Below, one piece after another: positions 45,899 to 47,743 of a stretch of 47,743 nucleotides of DNA. The position numbers were made by a program, and so were the translations under genes. The notes beneath the pieces were generated by a model that saw nothing but the letters and a program-made list of their open reading frames with translations, made no database searches and was not told where the DNA came from. Positions within the stretch are counted from its first letter, which is position 1; each line of letters starts with the position of its first letter. This DNA is from a virus (lineage: Duplodnaviria; Caudoviricetes): positions 1 to 47,743 of IMG/VR virus record IMGVR_UViG_3300047565_000205. One strand, written 5' to 3'.

Positions 45899-47743
45899 TG
45901 GTATCTAGCACTTCTAGTTTTTACAATCCCTATTCTTTATATCCGACATCACCTAGTCAATATGGATATTTATCAATTGCTTTAACTAATGATTTTATTT
46001 TTGCATGGCCTGAAAATAATTCAGATTCACAGTATATAATTGCTCAGCAAATGTATGTTAATACTACTAATGTTAATAATAAATTTATTTTTCCTCCAGC
46101 TAATTTAGTAGGAACTGGGAGGACATTTCAAATATATAATTTTGGATTATTGGCATTTACTGTTTATGATAATAGTGGTGCTATTTCTTTAGCAACTATT
46201 AATCCAGGACAACTTTATCAATGTACCGTAATAGATAATAGTATTTCTGCTGGAATATGGAAAGTATTACTACTTGGTACTGGTAGCTCAGGTGCAAATG
46301 CTGATGCTTTATCAGGTTATGGACTTTCATCCCTAACTAATTCTAAAATTAATACTAATTTGCCTGAAATTGTAATAACAGGTGCTTATACAGTTCAATC
46401 TAGTGATCGTGGATCTATACTTAGTTATATTGGTGGTACTAATACTATGACTTTACCTTTACCTGTAGATGGATTTATAGTTGGAGTTATTAATAATAGT
46501 AAAGTTGGTGGTCTTTTAACTATACAAGCACCACTTGGTTTTACCATCAATAATTCTTCTAATTTAATTCTTGCTCCTGGAGACTCTACTTTTATTACTG
46601 GTGGTATTAATTATAATGCTATTGGTATTGGAAGATTAAATTTTGGTACTAATTCATTACTTGGATTAGATGTATCTGCAAGTATTAACATAACTTTAAC
46701 TTCTGCTCAATCTAGTAATAATATTATTATATTTTCTGGAACTTTATCTAAAAATATTAATGTTTATTTTTCTCCTGTTCAAGTAAATAAATATGATATT
46801 TATAATAATACTATTGGTGGTTTTAGTATTACAGTTTCTATTCTTGGTGGGATAAATACTTTTATTTTAAGAGATCAAGAAAGATATGCTTATTTTACTG
46901 ATACTTCTGAATTATATAATGTTCCAAGTAATTCAGGTGCTCCTACTTCAGCTACTTTTTGGGTATCTAATTCAAATTCATCTTTACCTAATCAAGTTAA
47001 TTTAGGGGAATTATCCAATGGATTAATTGGTATTAATGTAGCTGCCGCTTATGCTACGCCTTATACTATACCTATCTATAATGATGTTATATCGAATAAT
47101 CTTTTTTTTGGTGCTAATTCAGTTCCTTTGCCACTTCCTACTGGCGGACATAATACAATAATAGGAATTAATACTGGAAATATGATATCTACAGGTGTGG
47201 GTAATACCGCACTTGGTAATTATAGTTTAGCTTCAAATACTACTGGAGAATCTAATATCGCAGTTGGTTTTCAAAGTTTAAAATTAAATACTACTGGTGG
47301 AGCTAATACCGCAGTTGGATTTAATAGTTTAGCTTCAAATACTACTGGAGAAAACAATGTTGCACTTGGTAATTTTAGTTTAACTTCAAATACTACTGGA
47401 GAATCTAATATCGCAGTTGGTGTTCAAAGTTTAAAATTAAATACTACTGGTGGAGCTAATACCGCAGTTGGATCTTTTGCGCTTTATTCAAATACTACTG
47501 GTGTAGATAATGTTGCAGTTGGATTTAATAGTTTAAATGTAAATACTATTGGCAAATCTAACATCGCGGTAGGTGCCTATAGTTTAGCTTCAAATACTAC
47601 TGGAGAAAACAATGTTGCAGTTGGTTTTCAAAGTTTAAAATTAAATACTACTGGTGGAGCTAATACCGCAGTTGGATTTAATAGTTTAGCTTCAAATACT
47701 ACTGGAGAAAACAATGTTGCACTTGGTAATTTTAGTTTAACTT
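45898..47743 (+). CDS. Tail fibre, N-terminal part (open to the window end, joins nt 1..1146; ~990 aa if joined once)
   Basis: ATG overlaps the upstream stop; MVSSTSSFYNPYSLYP...; G/N/T/S-rich; runs into the 17-aa repeats. Confidence 0.8.
   Translation, partial: MVSSTSSFYNPYSLYPTSPSQYGYLSIALTNDFIFAWPENNSDSQYIIAQQMYVNTTNVNNKFIFPPANLVGTGRTFQIYNFGLLAFTVYDNSGAISLATINPGQLYQCTVIDNSISAGIWKVLLLGTGSSGANADALSGYGLSSLTNSKINTNLPEIVITGAYTVQSSDRGSILSYIGGTNTMTLPLPVDGFIVGVINNSKVGGLLTIQAPLGFTINNSSNLILAPGDSTFITGGINYNAIGIGRLNFGTNSLLGLDVSASINITLTSAQSSNNIIIFSGTLSKNINVYFSPVQVNKYDIYNNTIGGFSITVSILGGINTFILRDQERYAYFTDTSELYNVPSNSGAPTSATFWVSNSNSSLPNQVNLGELSNGLIGINVAAAYATPYTIPIYNDVISNNLFFGANSVPLPLPTGGHNTIIGINTGNMISTGVGNTALGNYSLASNTTGESNIAVGFQSLKLNTTGGANTAVGFNSLASNTTGENNVALGNFSLTSNTTGESNIAVGVQSLKLNTTGGANTAVGSFALYSNTTGVDNVAVGFNSLNVNTIGKSNIAVGAYSLASNTTGENNVAVGFQSLKLNTTGGANTAVGFNSLASNTTGENNVALGNFSLT
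47224..47743 (+). repeat. 51-bp tandem coding repeat, 10 full units plus the start of an 11th
   Basis: Same unit as nt 1-714; 47656-47743 is identical to 76-163. Confidence 0.95.

Larger units (their letters stand above)
1..47743. mobile_element. Near-complete circular temperate phage / phage-plasmid genome
   Basis: Full packaging, head and short-tail gene set plus integrase, parA/RHH and Rep; ends join in frame. Confidence 0.88.

Noticed and set aside
45898-47743. Diversity-generating retroelement acting on the fibre
   Set aside because: No reverse transcriptase and no template/variable repeat pair with adenine-specific differences.
1-47743. tRNA, tmRNA, rRNA or IS elements
   Set aside because: No cloverleaf or T-loop signature, rRNA-like segment or transposase motif was seen by eye; a covariance-model scan would be needed to exclude them fully.

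Overview
The window looks like an essentially complete, circularly permuted ~47.7 kb AT-rich temperate phage genome of short-tailed (podovirus-like) type. It breaks inside a repetitive tail-fibre gene: the last 10 nt equal the first 10 nt, in frame. The virion module runs 31.5 kb to the end and wraps to 12.1 kb: TerS, TerL, portal, GroES-like protein, scaffold, capsid, adaptors, fibre, nozzle and ejection proteins. The 12-27 kb region carries ParA plus an RHH partner with an 11-bp-phased repeat array, GroEL, a tyrosine integrase, a 3TM holin, a lone receiver domain, Sak4/SSB and a wHTH Rep-like protein. No polymerase, primase or helicase is recognisable, so this is probably a phage-plasmid. 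A ~3.5 kb captured bacterial segment holds an intact TPP riboswitch, thiE-thiM-thiD-tenA and a truncated BI-1/YccA gene. The captured fragments suggest an AT-rich alphaproteobacterial, possibly Rickettsiales-like, endosymbiont host (inference). Most notable: (1) a riboswitch-controlled thiamine salvage operon on a phage; (2) virion proteins sharing a leader domain and a recurrent [HYFK]-x-x-G-G-like motif, followed by membrane-active-looking cargo, including an antimicrobial-peptide-like C-terminus and an 11-mer-repeat protein ending in an FFAT-like motif; (3) a truncated Rep paralogue lacking the HTH, plus a putative counter-transcribed RNA; (4) a split GroEL/GroES pair. All calls come from reading the sequence by eye; no database searches were run.
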